A stretch of DNA of 64,000 nucleotides from Nitrospirota bacterium (GTDB lineage: Bacteria > Nitrospirota > UBA9217): positions 1 through 64,000 of the forward strand of contig CAVVUN010000001.1 of NCBI GenBank assembly GCA_963751455.1. Direction: 5' to 3'. The first letter of the stretch is position 1. Every line of letters begins with the position of its first letter. Position numbers and translations under genes: made by a program. The notes beneath the pieces are model-generated. The model made no database searches and was not told where the DNA came from. It saw only the letters and a list, made by a program, of their open reading frames with translations. Positions 11,836 to 22,567 of this stretch are shown in pieces.

Positions 11836-13974
11836 TTATCGCACATTGAGCGCTTTATGAATACAGGTAATGAGCGAACCGCCGTCAAACGGTTTTTTCA
11901 GAAAATAATCAATATGCCCGGCGTCCTCCAGAATATGCCCGCCGTCGTAGCCTGACATCGCTATAACTTTGACCCTCGGTTTAATTCTCTTCATAATGAG
12001 CGATAATTCCGCGCCGTTCATGACCGGCATGACGATATCTGTTATAACAAGATCGATCTCATCCGAGACCGTTTCAAAGAGATCGAGGGCCAGGACGGGG
12101 CTCACCGCGGTAAATACCTTATACCCCTTCTGCTCCAGGTTGTCCTTGATCGAGGACAGCACGTCTTTTTCATCATCAACCACGAAGATCCTCTCGCCTT
12201 TGGAGACGGAAAACGGCGCATCGGCAGAAGAACCGGAGGTTATCAGAACGGGATGCTCCGGTGCGGGAATATATACCGAGAACGTAGTGCCTTTTCCTGC
12301 GCGGCTGCTGACACGGACCTCGCCTTTATGGCTTTTGACGATGCCGTAGACCATGGCAAGCCCGAGCCCTGTCCCTTTGCCCGGCGGCTTTGTAGTAAAG
12401 AAGGGTTCGAAGATCCTGTCCACGATTTCGCGCGGTATCCCTGTTCCCGTGTCATTGACCTCTAGCACAACATATTTCCCGGGCACTATAAACGGATAGG
12501 CATGGGAGTCGGTCGTCAAGTCTTCGCTGAACGTCGATATCGTTATCACGCCGCCGGCGGGCATGGCGTCCATGGAGTTCATAACGAGATTCGCGATTAT
12601 CTGCTCCAGATGAACATAATCTCCCTTGACGGCGGGAAGATTGGGATCCAGTTTCATGCGGATAGTGATATTCCGATCGATCAGCGTCCTGCCCAGCAGC
12701 TCCGCCGTGTCCGAAACCACCCTGTTCAACTCGGTCGGCGCCAGTTCAAGCCTTTCCTTGCGCGCGAAACTCAGGAGCTTCGAAACGAGTTGACCGGCGC
12801 GCCGTGCGGCGTCTTCGACCGTCTTGATCGTGCGGTTCCCGAACTCATCGGCCTTCACGTGCCGTCTCAGCACTTCGGTGTGGCCCAGGATCGCGGTGAC
12901 GATATTGCTGAAATCGTGAGCAATGCCGCCCGCGAGAACGCCCATCGACTCCATTTTCTGGGATTGGAGCACCTGCTCCTGGAGTTTCATCTTTTCGGTA
13001 ATGTCGCGATGGAATGATTGAATATGAGGAAGTCCGCCGATGTCTATCGAGCGGGAGCTGATTTCCAGGAATATCCTGCTCCCGTTCTTCCGGTAATGTT
13101 CGGCCACATATACAGTCGATTCCCCATCCAGAATTTTCTTCAACCGTTCGTCGATCTCGCCTTTTGTGGTTTCAATTTCAAGAAGCCGGAAACTGGTGCC
13201 GATCACTGTTTCCCGTTCGAAGCCGTGAAGTTCGCAAAAACGATGATTCACATCGGTAATCGTCCCGTTTCGATCGAGCACGGCAATACCGTCGTTCGCG
13301 TAATCGAAGAGAGCACGGTATTTCTGTTCGGTGATTGCCAGTTCGCCTGTCTTTTCATCAACCTGTTCTTTGAGAAGGCTGGAATACAACTCCAGTTTGC
13401 GTTTGTCCTCGGCCAGTTCGGCCCGCAGCTCAAGTTCAGAAAACAGCAGTTTCTGGTTGTGATACCGCATGAGCAGTCCGATCACGATCGTGGCGATCAA
13501 AAAGGCGTTGTTGCTGACGAATACGCCGCCCGCAATCGGTTCTGTCAGCACGATCGGCACTACGTAAATGGCATATACGGCGACGACGAGCAGGAACGAC
13601 AGGGACATGTTGATGGGCGCGAACCCGAGGCAGCAGATCACCAGAATATTCATTGCAGCATAGTAAATTGAGCTCTGGCCGCCGCTCATCAGAATGGCGA
13701 GCTCGACCGTGACTGCGCAGGAAACGGCGCCGATAGCCGCAAGCGTATATTGATACGGTTTGCTCTGCTTCAGCTTGTTCAGGAAGTACAGAAAAACAAG
13801 AATTCCGCCGATCACGAACCGGTACATCATGAACCGTATAAAGTTTTCCTGGGAGGCGAAAAAGTCCATGAATCCGAGGACTACGAAGAGAAGAGCACCG
13901 ATTATGAGGACGGAGCCGACCCATGTCTGGGTCAGCGCGGCAAGGCGATCTTCCGATGATAAGCGAGGTTCCAT
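11836..13974 (-). CDS. Membrane PAS hybrid sensor histidine kinase/receiver
   Basis: N-terminal TM helices, PAS, H-box [25 protein letters not shown], receiver [10 protein letters not shown]. Confidence 0.93.
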   Translation of the reverse strand: MEPRLSSEDRLAALTQTWVGSVLIIGALLFVVLGFMDFFASQENFIRFMMYRFVIGGILVFLYFLNKLKQSKPYQYTLAAIGAVSCAVTVELAILMSGGQSSIYYAAMNILVICCLGFAPINMSLSFLLVVAVYAIYVVPIVLTEPIAGGVFVSNNAFLIATIVIGLLMRYHNQKLLFSELELRAELAEDKRKLELYSSLLKEQVDEKTGELAITEQKYRALFDYANDGIAVLDRNGTITDVNHRFCELHGFERETVIGTSFRLLEIETTKGEIDERLKKILDGESTVYVAEHYRKNGSRIFLEISSRSIDIGGLPHIQSFHRDITEKMKLQEQVLQSQKMESMGVLAGGIAHDFSNIVTAILGHTEVLRRHVKADEFGNRTIKTVEDAARRAGQLVSKLLSFARKERLELAPTELNRVVSDTAELLGRTLIDRNITIRMKLDPNLPAVKGDYVHLEQIIANLVMNSMDAMPAGGVITISTFSEDLTTDSHAYPFIVPGKYVVLEVNDTGTGIPREIVDRIFEPFFTTKPPGKGTGLGLAMVYGIVKSHKGEVRVSSRAGKGTTFSVYIPAPEHPVLITSGSSADAPFSVSKGERIFVVDDEKDVLSSIKDNLEQKGYKVFTAVSPVLALDLFETVSDEIDLVITDIVMPVMNGAELSLIMKRIKPRVKVIAMSGYDGGHILEDAGHIDYFLKKPFDGGSLITCIHKALNVR

Positions 13975-14030
13975 ATGGCGATTATAGCAATAAAGTATTA
14001 ACGAGGCAAGCTTAGACCGTTAAAGTAAAA

Positions 14031-14453
14031 TAGGCGCTTACGCCTATAACATCGACAAAAGATTGTCGATCTATAAAAAGAATTTAATGCAAAAACAGGA
14101 TTATATTGCGCTCGCAAAGGAAGGCCAAATCGCCGGTTTAAAACCAGACTTAAAACTGCTTTACGAACCAACATCTTGAGTTTTTAGTCGAGTCAAAACC
14201 AAAACCCAATTTTCACACAAAGCCACGAAGCCACAAAGAAGAAAACTGAATTTTTTGTCTTTCTCCGTGTCTTAGTGGCTTCGTGTGAGATCGTTTTAAG
14301 GTTTTACTTTTGCTTTATTGGTCTGAGGCGTAACCTCATAAAAGTTTTCTTTGCGTTCTTTGCGGCTTTGCGAGAGACGCCTTTGACTTTTTGTTGTTAT
14401 TTCTGTCCCGAAGGGGCCATGTCTGCCGGGCGAAGTCCCGGCCGACACGTAGA
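14031..14453 (+). repeat. ~423-bp non-coding structured repeat, copy 2
   Basis: Direct repeat of 11218-11657, lacking the 16-bp internal duplication. Confidence 0.9.
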
Positions 14454-14459
14454 TACTTT

Positions 14460-14545
14460 ATCCGCAGATTTCGCAGATTACACAGATTTAATAAGAAGAA
14501 ATCAAGGGCCTGCTTTATCAGCGAAATCTGCGTAATCTGCGGCTA
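14460..14545. repeat. CGCAGATT-type palindromic repeat (relatives at ~5212, ~16865, 34605-34688, 40120-40203)
   Basis: CCGCAGATTTCGCAGATT ... AATCTGCGTAATCTGCGG. Confidence 0.7.
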
Positions 14546-14696
14546 GTATCTGAAAATCCTGAGTTTCCCTTTATGCTTTATATGCATTTTGTGTCAAATT
14601 ATTCTATTGAAACCTGCTTCGCGCATATTCTTGACAAAACGAGACGATTCACGGTATTCTGTGCTGCAGAAACCAGCTGCAGAGAGGAACTGACGG

Positions 14697-15488
14697 ATGG
14701 GCATGATCGACAAACTTGAAAGAAAACTGCGGCGATACGCAATTCCGAACCTGACGCTCTACCTAATTCTCGGACAGGTGCTCTTTTTCATCTTCAACCT
14801 GGCAGGGCGATTCATCCTCGAGCGCGTGGTACTCATTCCCGACCGCGTCCTGGCCGGAGAATGGTGGCGCCTCATTACGTTCCTGTTCATTCCTCCGCTT
14901 ACCAACCCGATTTTCGCGATCTTCGCGTGGTACCTCTTCTATCTGATGGGAAACGCGCTTGAAAACCGCTGGGGCGCCTTCCGCTACAATTTTTTTCTGC
15001 TCGTCGGATATGTCCTGACCGTTGCCGTCTCATTTCTTACCCCTTACTATTCCGCGACGAACCTGTTCATCGGCGGATCGGTGTTCCTTGCCTTTGCGTT
15101 CCTGTATCCGGATTTTCAGCTCTATATATTTTTTATTCTTCCGGTGAAGATTAAGTGGCTGGCAATTCTGACCTGGCTCGGGTATGGATATCAGGTCATA
15201 ACCGGGTCGTGGAGTACGAGGCTGCTCGTGCTTGCTTCCATCGGGAATTTTTTGCTGTTTTTCGGACAGGACATTTTCTACCGACTCAAGACCGGCAGAC
15301 GGCACATGACCTCTCAGGCGAGGCAATTCGGCGGAAAGCCTTCGGCATTTCATACATGCTCCGTCTGCGGCATCACGGATGTCTCGCACCCGAATATGGA
15401 ATTCCGTTACTGTCCGGACTGCGGCGGGTTGGGGTACTGCAAGGACCACATTTTCGATCACAAGCATGTGGCAAATAAAGTAAAATAA
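14697..15488 (+). CDS. Rhomboid-like membrane protein with C-terminal Cys/His zinc-binding motif
   Basis: GEWWRLITFLF, several TM helices, CSVC...CPDC...YCKDH; upstream TTGACA-18-TATTCT. Confidence 0.75.
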   Translation: MGMIDKLERKLRRYAIPNLTLYLILGQVLFFIFNLAGRFILERVVLIPDRVLAGEWWRLITFLFIPPLTNPIFAIFAWYLFYLMGNALENRWGAFRYNFFLLVGYVLTVAVSFLTPYYSATNLFIGGSVFLAFAFLYPDFQLYIFFILPVKIKWLAILTWLGYGYQVITGSWSTRLLVLASIGNFLLFFGQDIFYRLKTGRRHMTSQARQFGGKPSAFHTCSVCGITDVSHPNMEFRYCPDCGGLGYCKDHIFDHKHVANKVK

Positions 15489-15516
15489 CGTGATAGTAAA
15501 AACTAAAAAACCATTT

Positions 15517-16797
15517 TTATGTGAACTCCACGCCCAGTTTATTCGCAACTTCAATCGCCGAAGTGACCGCATCCTCATGCAGCCCGAACCCGAAGTGGCT
15601 GCCGCAATAATACGTGTTGTTTACTCCATTCAAGGACCGCAAATCCGGTATCGTCCTGCAGGAATTGAAATCGAAGATCGGCGTCCTGAACACCTTTTCG
15701 AATACGATCCGGTCCTTGTCAATCGGGAAATTCGGATGCTGCGTGCTGATAAGTCCGCATTTTTTGGAAACGCCGGGCAGTGCCCATATCGAACCGCTCA
15801 CCGAAGTTTCAATATATCTCCCCTTCCTTTGATAGAGAAAGGTAAATCCCTCCATAAGTTCTTGCCTCGGAAAAAGTGAATGGTCGTTGTGCACTATTAC
15901 CTTGCCCTCGGTGTACTTCCATGCACCGAGGAGTGCCTTTTCGCGCCCGGTCGGTTCCTCCAGCAAATGGAGTGCCTGATCCGCATTACAGGCGAATACC
16001 ACCCTTTCAAAATGCATGTCCCTTCCGTCTTCCAGAGAGACGGTCACACCGCGCATATCTCTAGAGACGGTCCTGATTTTTGAATTCAACATTATCCTGT
16101 TCCGGTAAGCGGCTGACAATGCGTCTACGTAACTCTTTGTCCGGTTACTGCAGAAATACACGGAGAACAGCGCCTTGGGAGGCAGCAGATCGTTATGAAT
16201 CTTCATTTTTCTAACAAAAAACTCTGCCGGAGCATCAAGCACATCGTCACAGTGCATGGAAGAAATAAGGCACAAGCAGGACAGAAAAATCAGTTTTGCA
16301 TCTCCGCTGAGCCGCGGAATTTTCATCAGAGCTTCTTCAAGACTTAAGTTGTGAAGCTCTCCCTTTTTTAACAACGTTTGCGCCCTTTGCAGGCCCATCA
16401 TGAGCTGCACAATGCTTTTGACGCGGTCCGGCCCTAATATTCTGAAATATTGCGCGAGCAGTCCTTTTAAACCGGGTGTCAGGAAAATCGCTTTTTTTGA
16501 TTCCAGGTCCTGGAAGCCCAGGGATAGTCCGAATATACCGAAAGGGTTCATTAAAATCGGCGCCACTGTTTTGATATTCAATTCCTTGAAGAGTTTGAAG
16601 ACGTTCTTATAGGAAAACCTGCCGAACGCGGCTGCTGCAATATCGACTTCCTCGCCGTCCGGTGTCTTCAGCGTATAGGCATTTCCGCCTATCCTTTCCG
16701 ATTTCTCGAACACGGTTATATCGTATTTTTCGTTCAGCAGATAGGCTGCAGTCAGGCCCGCCACGCCTCCGCCGATGATTGCGATTTTATTTTTCAT
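15517..16797 (-). CDS. FAD-dependent oxidoreductase (amine oxidase-like)
   Basis: IAIIGGGVAGLTAAY, EKSERIGG, YCGSHFGFGLHEDAV. Confidence 0.88.
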   Translation of the reverse strand: MKNKIAIIGGGVAGLTAAYLLNEKYDITVFEKSERIGGNAYTLKTPDGEEVDIAAAAFGRFSYKNVFKLFKELNIKTVAPILMNPFGIFGLSLGFQDLESKKAIFLTPGLKGLLAQYFRILGPDRVKSIVQLMMGLQRAQTLLKKGELHNLSLEEALMKIPRLSGDAKLIFLSCLCLISSMHCDDVLDAPAEFFVRKMKIHNDLLPPKALFSVYFCSNRTKSYVDALSAAYRNRIMLNSKIRTVSRDMRGVTVSLEDGRDMHFERVVFACNADQALHLLEEPTGREKALLGAWKYTEGKVIVHNDHSLFPRQELMEGFTFLYQRKGRYIETSVSGSIWALPGVSKKCGLISTQHPNFPIDKDRIVFEKVFRTPIFDFNSCRTIPDLRSLNGVNNTYYCGSHFGFGLHEDAVTSAIEVANKLGVEFT

Positions 16798-17055
16798 GTC
16801 AGCTTGACGCCACTCTCACCAGCACAGTATAGTGAATTTCAGTATTGTACGCAATTGATAATAATCCGCGCGCACGTCTGCGGAATCTGCGGATTAAGAT
16901 TCTGGTTTTTCTTCCCTGGCCGGCCTCGTCTATCGTATATTTCGTGATTCTGATCACATTCATTTAAGTCGCGCTTTCATACAATAGTACAATAAATCGA
17001 TATCATTATTGACTATATAATTCCGGCGAACCCGGGTTGAAAGGAGCGAAGATTC

Positions 17056-17655
17056 ATGTCTATCGTGAAGGAAGAAACAAAGACGATGTTTAAAGCGGAA
17101 GAGGTAATCAGCGAGATAAAGGTTGCGGAAAAAAGCACCCTGGAGACCAGGCTCAAGCCCGGACCTCAGGGCATGAACGCAATCAACAAGGGAAGCAAGG
17201 TCACGGGCAACATAGTTGTCAGCCAGGACCTGTATGTCACCGGCGATATCGAGGGCAATATAACCGGTGAGAACAACTCCAACATCTTCATCAAAGGCAG
17301 CTGCAAAGGCAACATCAAGACCGCCGGCAGCATTGAGATCGACGGTGAAATAAGCGGTGGAGATATCGCAGCCGGGGGATACGTAAAGATAACGGGTAAA
17401 TTCAACGGGGGCAAGATCCAGGCCAAAGAGAGAATTCACATAAACGGCGAATTCACGGGAAGTCTCGAAAGCAGCGAGATAGAGGTCGGGGCATCTGCCA
17501 AGGGCAAGGGAGAGATTTTCTACAAGGAATCGCTCAGCATCGAAAAGGGGGCGAAAGTCGAAGGCCGGATCACCCGGATTGAAGGGGATCGGAAACCCGA
17601 GCCGGTAAAAAAAGAAGAACCGAAGCAGATAAAAAAAGGTTTTTTTGCAACCTAG
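17056..17655 (+). CDS. Bactofilin (polymer-forming cytoskeletal protein), extended/tandem domain
   Basis: INKGSKVTGNI...LYVTGDIEGNI and repeated I.G...G.I beta-helix units ending LSIEKGAKVEG. Confidence 0.85.
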   Translation: MSIVKEETKTMFKAEEVISEIKVAEKSTLETRLKPGPQGMNAINKGSKVTGNIVVSQDLYVTGDIEGNITGENNSNIFIKGSCKGNIKTAGSIEIDGEISGGDIAAGGYVKITGKFNGGKIQAKERIHINGEFTGSLESSEIEVGASAKGKGEIFYKESLSIEKGAKVEGRITRIEGDRKPEPVKKEEPKQIKKGFFAT

Positions 17656-18161
17656 TAGTACTTTCAAATCTCGTTTTCAACAAGCGATAAGCTTTATGAG
17701 TTCGCAGCTGGGCGGGGGTAAATGAGGCGGGTCTCAGTTCCGATTAACGGGCCTGAGACCCGTTATTAATGTAACCACAGATGAACACGGGTTCTGCTTC
17801 GCCGAACAGCACGGATAAAGCAGGAAGCTTTTCAGGTTTAAAACCAAAAAAAGATATTGTCTTCATCTGTGTTTATCTGTGTGTTGCCGAAGGGCAACCC
17901 GTGGTTACAAAAATTTTTTCAGTAATAAATATGGCCTCGATCTATAATCCTGAAAAAAGCAGTTGGACACGGATAAAATCTGATCAACACGGATTTATAG
18001 GAAGTTACGAACAGTAATGGATTCACCCAAAAGGCGAGATGGCTTTTTGCTCTATCACATTGTTTTGATCCGCTGTTTCCGTGTTCATCCGTGTTCAAAT
18101 GCCGTTTTTAGGATAATGGCAACCATGCGGCTGAAGCCTGAATTGTCTTTTCCTTGATATA

Positions 18162-18821
18162 TTATAAATCTCTAGCGAGACTCAACATCCCGGGTGAGCC
18201 TATATTCTCCTCAAAATATTTATCCCGTTTTTCTTCTATTATTTCAAAGCCGAACTTACGATAAAGATTTAATGCCGGATCGTTTCCGATATACACATTG
18301 ACCTGTGCCCGGGCATGGCCCAGGCTCTTTCCCATTTCCAATATCTTTTTCAGTAATTTCTCTGCCACCCCTTTTTTTCTCTGTTGCTCGAGGGTTGCTA
18401 CACTATCGATGACCCATGCCTCATCAATTGCCTTGGGTAAACAAGCAAGTATTTTTGATGAACGTTCCCGCGTTTCGTTAAAGGCCTTCTCAGGGAAATT
18501 CAGTTTTTTGACCACTTCCGGAATTGCCTGCTGAAGAGCCTGGTAACCCGCAATTTTCGGGTTATACCCGCCTAAACTGCCAACAGGACCACATCCATCT
18601 TCCTGAGCAATGAGGTAATAGGAATAATGGAACAGATGGGGAATTTCCGTGATTAATATGTAAGAGAGAAAACGCAAGACTTCTTCTTCAGTACCCCCGA
18701 GAATGACTTCCCATATTCCCTTCTTAACATGGGCACGACCCGCGATAAGCATGGCTTTCGCTAAAAAAGAAGCATCAACTCTGCCGGCATGCCGAATTTG
18801 AATTTTCGATTTATTCAACAT
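18162..18821 (-). CDS. GNAT N-acetyltransferase
   Basis: IDSVATLEQQRKKGVAEKLL, NDPALNLYRKFGF. Confidence 0.85.
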   Translation of the reverse strand: MLNKSKIQIRHAGRVDASFLAKAMLIAGRAHVKKGIWEVILGGTEEEVLRFLSYILITEIPHLFHYSYYLIAQEDGCGPVGSLGGYNPKIAGYQALQQAIPEVVKKLNFPEKAFNETRERSSKILACLPKAIDEAWVIDSVATLEQQRKKGVAEKLLKKILEMGKSLGHARAQVNVYIGNDPALNLYRKFGFEIIEEKRDKYFEENIGSPGMLSLARDL

Positions 18822-18916
18822 AGGCTCTGAAAGCAATCTCTCTCTTTTGTAAATAACCACGAGAGTGGCTTAAGCAAAGATCCTCATCTTTTATCAGCTG
18901 TTTACTAAAGAGGGTC

Positions 18917-20125
18917 TTATTCTATTTCGATATTATCAATGATGACTGTCCCGTCTGTTATTGTTACGGTTCCTTTCAATCTTGTCCGCCGCTCGTTAAT
19001 TGAATAGGTGCAGTCATACCCGCCTTTAAGGTTTACTGAAATAGCCCTGTTGAATTCCACATTGCCCGTAAAGTCGATTGCCAGGGCCTTGATGGTGTCG
19101 CCGTCAAGGGCTGCAGAATATGCCGATGAGGGGGTACTGTACGAAGTGCCCGGAGTCCTGGTGATTGCCGCAGCCGAGCACGAACGAGGTGAGACCGTAA
19201 TGGCATATTGAGCCGCTCCGGTCAATGTCCCTGAATCTGCAGCGCCGACGGAGAACGTGAATCGACCGGTAGTCGTCGGAACGCCGGATAGCTCTCCGGT
19301 GGCGGAGTTAAAGCTGAGTCCCGGAGGCAGGGTCCCTGAGGTGACGGCCCAGGTGTATGGTGGCACTCCGCCGGTTGCTGAAAGAGTCTGGCTGTAAGAG
19401 CTGCCGGCCGAAGCGGAAGGAAAAAAAGAGGGTGTGAAAGTGATGTAAGGCGACACGGACTGGTTGATGGTAAAGGTACTGTCGGCAATGGATATGCTGC
19501 CGCTTCTTTCAGTGCCGCCGTTTGCGGATACGGAAAAATCCACAATGCCGTTCCCTGGTCTGTCGCCGCCGGATGTGATGGCGACCCAGTCCAGATTATT
19601 TACAGTCTGCCAGTCGCAGCCTTGAAAAGATGCATTCACGCTCACGCTTCCTGTGCCGCCCGTAACCCCGAATGACAGACTTTCCGGGGAGATCGAGTAG
19701 GTGCATGGAGTGGTGCGAACACACCGAACACCGTAAGCTAAAGTTTTATATGTGTTCCAGGGACCGCCACGAACATACCATGCCTGGTCCGTGAACTCGA
19801 GATAGGTCGTGGAAGACCAATAAGAACTGCCTGCATTCGTGAAATAAGCGGTGTCCAAGGCAGGATTAAATTTTGTATCATCAGTGATGGACTCCAGCTC
19901 CTTCACATTCGGCAGACGCCAGGTCCCCGCAGGAGACAACTCGTTACAATAGGTGAGAGCCGATTCCCATGCATGCGCGCCTCCCTCAGACTTCTGCCAT
20001 GTGAGGCCGGTCCTGTAGTCGCTCACCGTGTCGTCATCATTGACAATAAGCGGTGCGGATTCTGCAGCCGGTACGATAAATGCCGCAAGAGCCGCAGCAA
20101 TAAATAAGAGCATTCTATTCTTCAT
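18917..20125 (-). CDS. Secreted DUF1566 (Lcl C-terminal) protein with BACON and putative Ig domains
   Basis: TVSDYRTGLTWQ, WRLPNVKELESI, YWSSTT, GVRCVR; SATGGVPPYTW...LPPGLS. Confidence 0.85.
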   Translation of the reverse strand: MKNRMLLFIAAALAAFIVPAAESAPLIVNDDDTVSDYRTGLTWQKSEGGAHAWESALTYCNELSPAGTWRLPNVKELESITDDTKFNPALDTAYFTNAGSSYWSSTTYLEFTDQAWYVRGGPWNTYKTLAYGVRCVRTTPCTYSISPESLSFGVTGGTGSVSVNASFQGCDWQTVNNLDWVAITSGGDRPGNGIVDFSVSANGGTERSGSISIADSTFTINQSVSPYITFTPSFFPSASAGSSYSQTLSATGGVPPYTWAVTSGTLPPGLSFNSATGELSGVPTTTGRFTFSVGAADSGTLTGAAQYAITVSPRSCSAAAITRTPGTSYSTPSSAYSAALDGDTIKALAIDFTGNVEFNRAISVNLKGGYDCTYSINERRTRLKGTVTITDGTVIIDNIEIE

Positions 20126-20204
20126 AACTCCTCCAGGAGCTACATCTTTTCCATTTCACTTCCTGTATCTCTCTGCGATAATATCAAAACTGTCATGAGA
20201 TCGC

Positions 20205-20822
20205 TTACTCACCACCCCGCACACACCGGACATAAGGGAACTTACCATCCATTACCGGTAAATACATAAACTTGCTGCCTGCACCGCCATTATGGAAGAC
20301 CACGTCCCAGGCATGATCAGGCTCGTCTGCGCCGACTGTTGATGACCAATATGCAAACTGACGGCATTCAGGGAAATAGGTCCAATCAATAGTCGGACCG
20401 GGCTTCGGATGCGAATAGTCTACAATGCTTATCAGCTCCTTCTTGGCGGGAAGCCTCCAGTCGGAATATCCTGCAAGGTTGAGCGACCCGCAGACATTCA
20501 CAGAAGTCGGGTTATACGTTTGGTTATACGTCCCCGATGCCTTGTACCAGTTGTATTCGATGCCGTCATCAGTCTGCTGCCACATGAGGCCTGTATTGTT
20601 GTCCGTCACTGTACCGTCCCCATTATCAGTGAAGCTCATCGGGTTGATCAGGTATGCGCCGTCCTGGCCAAGGCCCGTGCCGGAAGCGCAGGAGATCAGG
20701 GTTCCGGCGCCGTCAAAGCAGGTAGTCTGACCAGTGTCTGATAACTTAAAGACGCTCGCATGACCCGTTAACGATAAAAGCGCCACAACTAGTATTGCTC
20801 CAATGAAAATCTTTATGTTCAT
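20205..20822 (-). CDS. Secreted DUF1566 protein
   Basis: DTGQTTCF, DNGDGTVTDNNTGLMWQ, DWRLPAKKEL, YWSST, YVRCVR. Confidence 0.88.
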   Translation of the reverse strand: MNIKIFIGAILVVALLSLTGHASVFKLSDTGQTTCFDGAGTLISCASGTGLGQDGAYLINPMSFTDNGDGTVTDNNTGLMWQQTDDGIEYNWYKASGTYNQTYNPTSVNVCGSLNLAGYSDWRLPAKKELISIVDYSHPKPGPTIDWTYFPECRQFAYWSSTVGADEPDHAWDVVFHNGGAGSKFMYLPVMDGKFPYVRCVRGGE

Positions 20823-21019
20823 ACAATTTTCTCCTCCGATCGATAGATAGCCTCTGTGGTTCAATCATTGGGCGGTCCTTTTTTCAGGACCAGGAGAGCT
20901 GACAGGACGATTGCTGTTAACACCAACCAGGCCCATTTGTAGAGTACTTCGTACTGTGACGTGATCAAGTACTGGATCACGATAACGTTTGCAACTGCTA
21001 TCAGCTTGAGTGCCGTGTA

Positions 21020-21102
21020 TTTCTCCTTTGAAGCAACCTATCGAAACCGAAAGTTCTCAGTTCCATATTTTAAGCGTCATCCGCTTGGCTGCTGGTTGAG
21101 GC
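21020..21102 (-). pseudogene. Relic of an rsgA-cassette 5' end
   Basis: Encodes MELRTFGFDRLLQ (rsgA: MELRTLGFDQWFQ); upstream CCAAGCGGATGACGCTTAA matches the rsgA upstream CCAAGCGGATATGACCGCTTAA. Confidence 0.6.
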
Positions 21103-21244
21103 CTAAGTTATCTATTATGTCGGTTTCGCGAAGCTCGGCCTGATCTTTGCTCGGTTGCCGTTCTCATTTGGTTGATTATTGCAATGCTTACAAACAATCT
21201 CGATCAAGCGGTATCCTCACGTGCTGAATAAGTGACTATTAGAC

Positions 21245-21682
21245 TTATTTTTCAATTTCTACTACAGTGCCAACCAAAGCAACACCTGCATTTAAAGCAC
21301 CTATTCCACATTGAAATGAATCATAACTTGATACTAAGTTGTTTTTATAGTTTGACTTGATGTCTATAACTGCATTGCCACCTTCACGAATAGCCCTATC
21401 TTTTAGAGCTTTCATCGTAGATAAAAATACCCACTGGCAAGCTTCTTTAGCCGTCTTGTTGTACGCGTTAGTCCTTCTATTTGTTCTGAATGTACCGTAA
21501 TTTTTTATTACCTTCCCATGCTGTTGATTGCCGAAATAGAAGCTAATATCGGTGCCCAACTTCGCTTTAATTTTCTCGACGGAAAAAGCATCACCAACAG
21601 AGTAGTTTTCAACAGTATCTTCCGCCAAAGCCAAGGAAGAAAACAGCAAGTTTATGATCAAAACTAATAATATTTTTTTCAT
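21245..21682 (-). CDS. Exported protein of the YbjQ/RcsF-like family often mislabelled 'excinuclease ATPase subunit'; cassette gene
   Basis: Signal peptide, TNRRTNAYNK..EACQWVFLS, GGNAVIDIKSNY, FQCGIG; AT-rich; AGGAGG RBS. Confidence 0.75.
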   Translation of the reverse strand: MKKILLVLIINLLFSSLALAEDTVENYSVGDAFSVEKIKAKLGTDISFYFGNQQHGKVIKNYGTFRTNRRTNAYNKTAKEACQWVFLSTMKALKDRAIREGGNAVIDIKSNYKNNLVSSYDSFQCGIGALNAGVALVGTVVEIEK

Positions 21683-21705
21683 AATATCCTCCTATCAATT
21701 GTATC

Positions 21706-21768
21706 GGCTATAACGCCGCCGTGAAGATCGAGTTTCTCAGCGACTCTCTCCCGGCGAGGTTTGGATCA
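21706..21768 (-). other. Degenerate attC site
   Basis: Minus strand TCCAAAC-CTCGCCGGGAGAGAGTCGCTGAGAAAC...CACGGCG-GCGTTATAGC. Confidence 0.55.
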
Positions 21769-21905
21769 TGGCGTCAGGTTTTGCGTTCTCTACCCGATCT
21801 ACGGCTTGACCCGCGCCCTCGCTACCCGAACCCTGGACTCAGGTCCCCTAGTCCCGGCTGCGTGCTCATGGTCCTGATCGTCTTCTCGTTGCCGCGGGCA
21901 CTGCC

Positions 21906-22496
21906 TTACCAACCTTCGGCATGCATTACGGGATAATCGCCCGTGCACGTTGCGCCGCTGGCAAGCACCGCGTAGGTGAGATCTCGTGAGTTGCAGATGG
22001 TATACTGGTCCTGCGTTGCATAGCTGAAGGCCAGACCATCGATTCCTGTTTTGTATTTCCCCTGGATCGCATGTACGCTTTCGCCGGTCGTTGTAAATCC
22101 GATGCTTTCGTAAAGCTTCGCTGCACGATGATTATTTTTTCTCACGATCAAATATATTCTATCCAGATTAAGCTGCTGGAATCCTGTTTTCAGTGTTGCA
22201 AGAGTGACTTCCCTTCCCAACCCTTTGCCTGTCCAACGCGGATGCATGGCAATACGAAATTCTGCTTTTCCCTCCGCAGTAATGCTGAGTAGGCTAAACC
22301 CTATGACCTGCTTGTTTAAATCAGCGATATAGATCCAAGTTTTGGGCCTGTTTCTGAATTCGTCAAGCCAGCCATGTTCTCTCAGGGCATAATCCATTTG
22401 AGCAAATCCATCAATATAATCTGGCCATTTATTTATTTCAGCAAAATCTTCGGTTCTGGTCAGCCGTAGTTCTACCATGTATTGTCCTCTTGACAT
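21906..22496 (-). CDS. GNAT acetyltransferase (RimL-like) with an apparently unrelated C-terminal tail
   Basis: WTGKGLGRE, IYLIVRKNNHRAAKLYESIGF. Confidence 0.75.
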   Translation of the reverse strand: MSRGQYMVELRLTRTEDFAEINKWPDYIDGFAQMDYALREHGWLDEFRNRPKTWIYIADLNKQVIGFSLLSITAEGKAEFRIAMHPRWTGKGLGREVTLATLKTGFQQLNLDRIYLIVRKNNHRAAKLYESIGFTTTGESVHAIQGKYKTGIDGLAFSYATQDQYTICNSRDLTYAVLASGATCTGDYPVMHAEGW

Positions 22497-22567
22497 ACGA
22501 CTCGCGAATCTAAATCAGATTTGTTCTGCTTCAGCATCGAATGGCCGGGCGGTACCCGCTGGTTGAA

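Noticed and set aside
11443-11955. ORFs 11443-11955 and 14275-14535 as duplicated genes
   Set aside because: They are translations of the non-coding repeat, Phe/Cys-rich, without RBS and with different extents in the two copies.
11218-14453. Composite transposon carrying the kinase gene
   Set aside because: No transposase inside and no clear target duplication outside the pair; independent insertions are equally likely.
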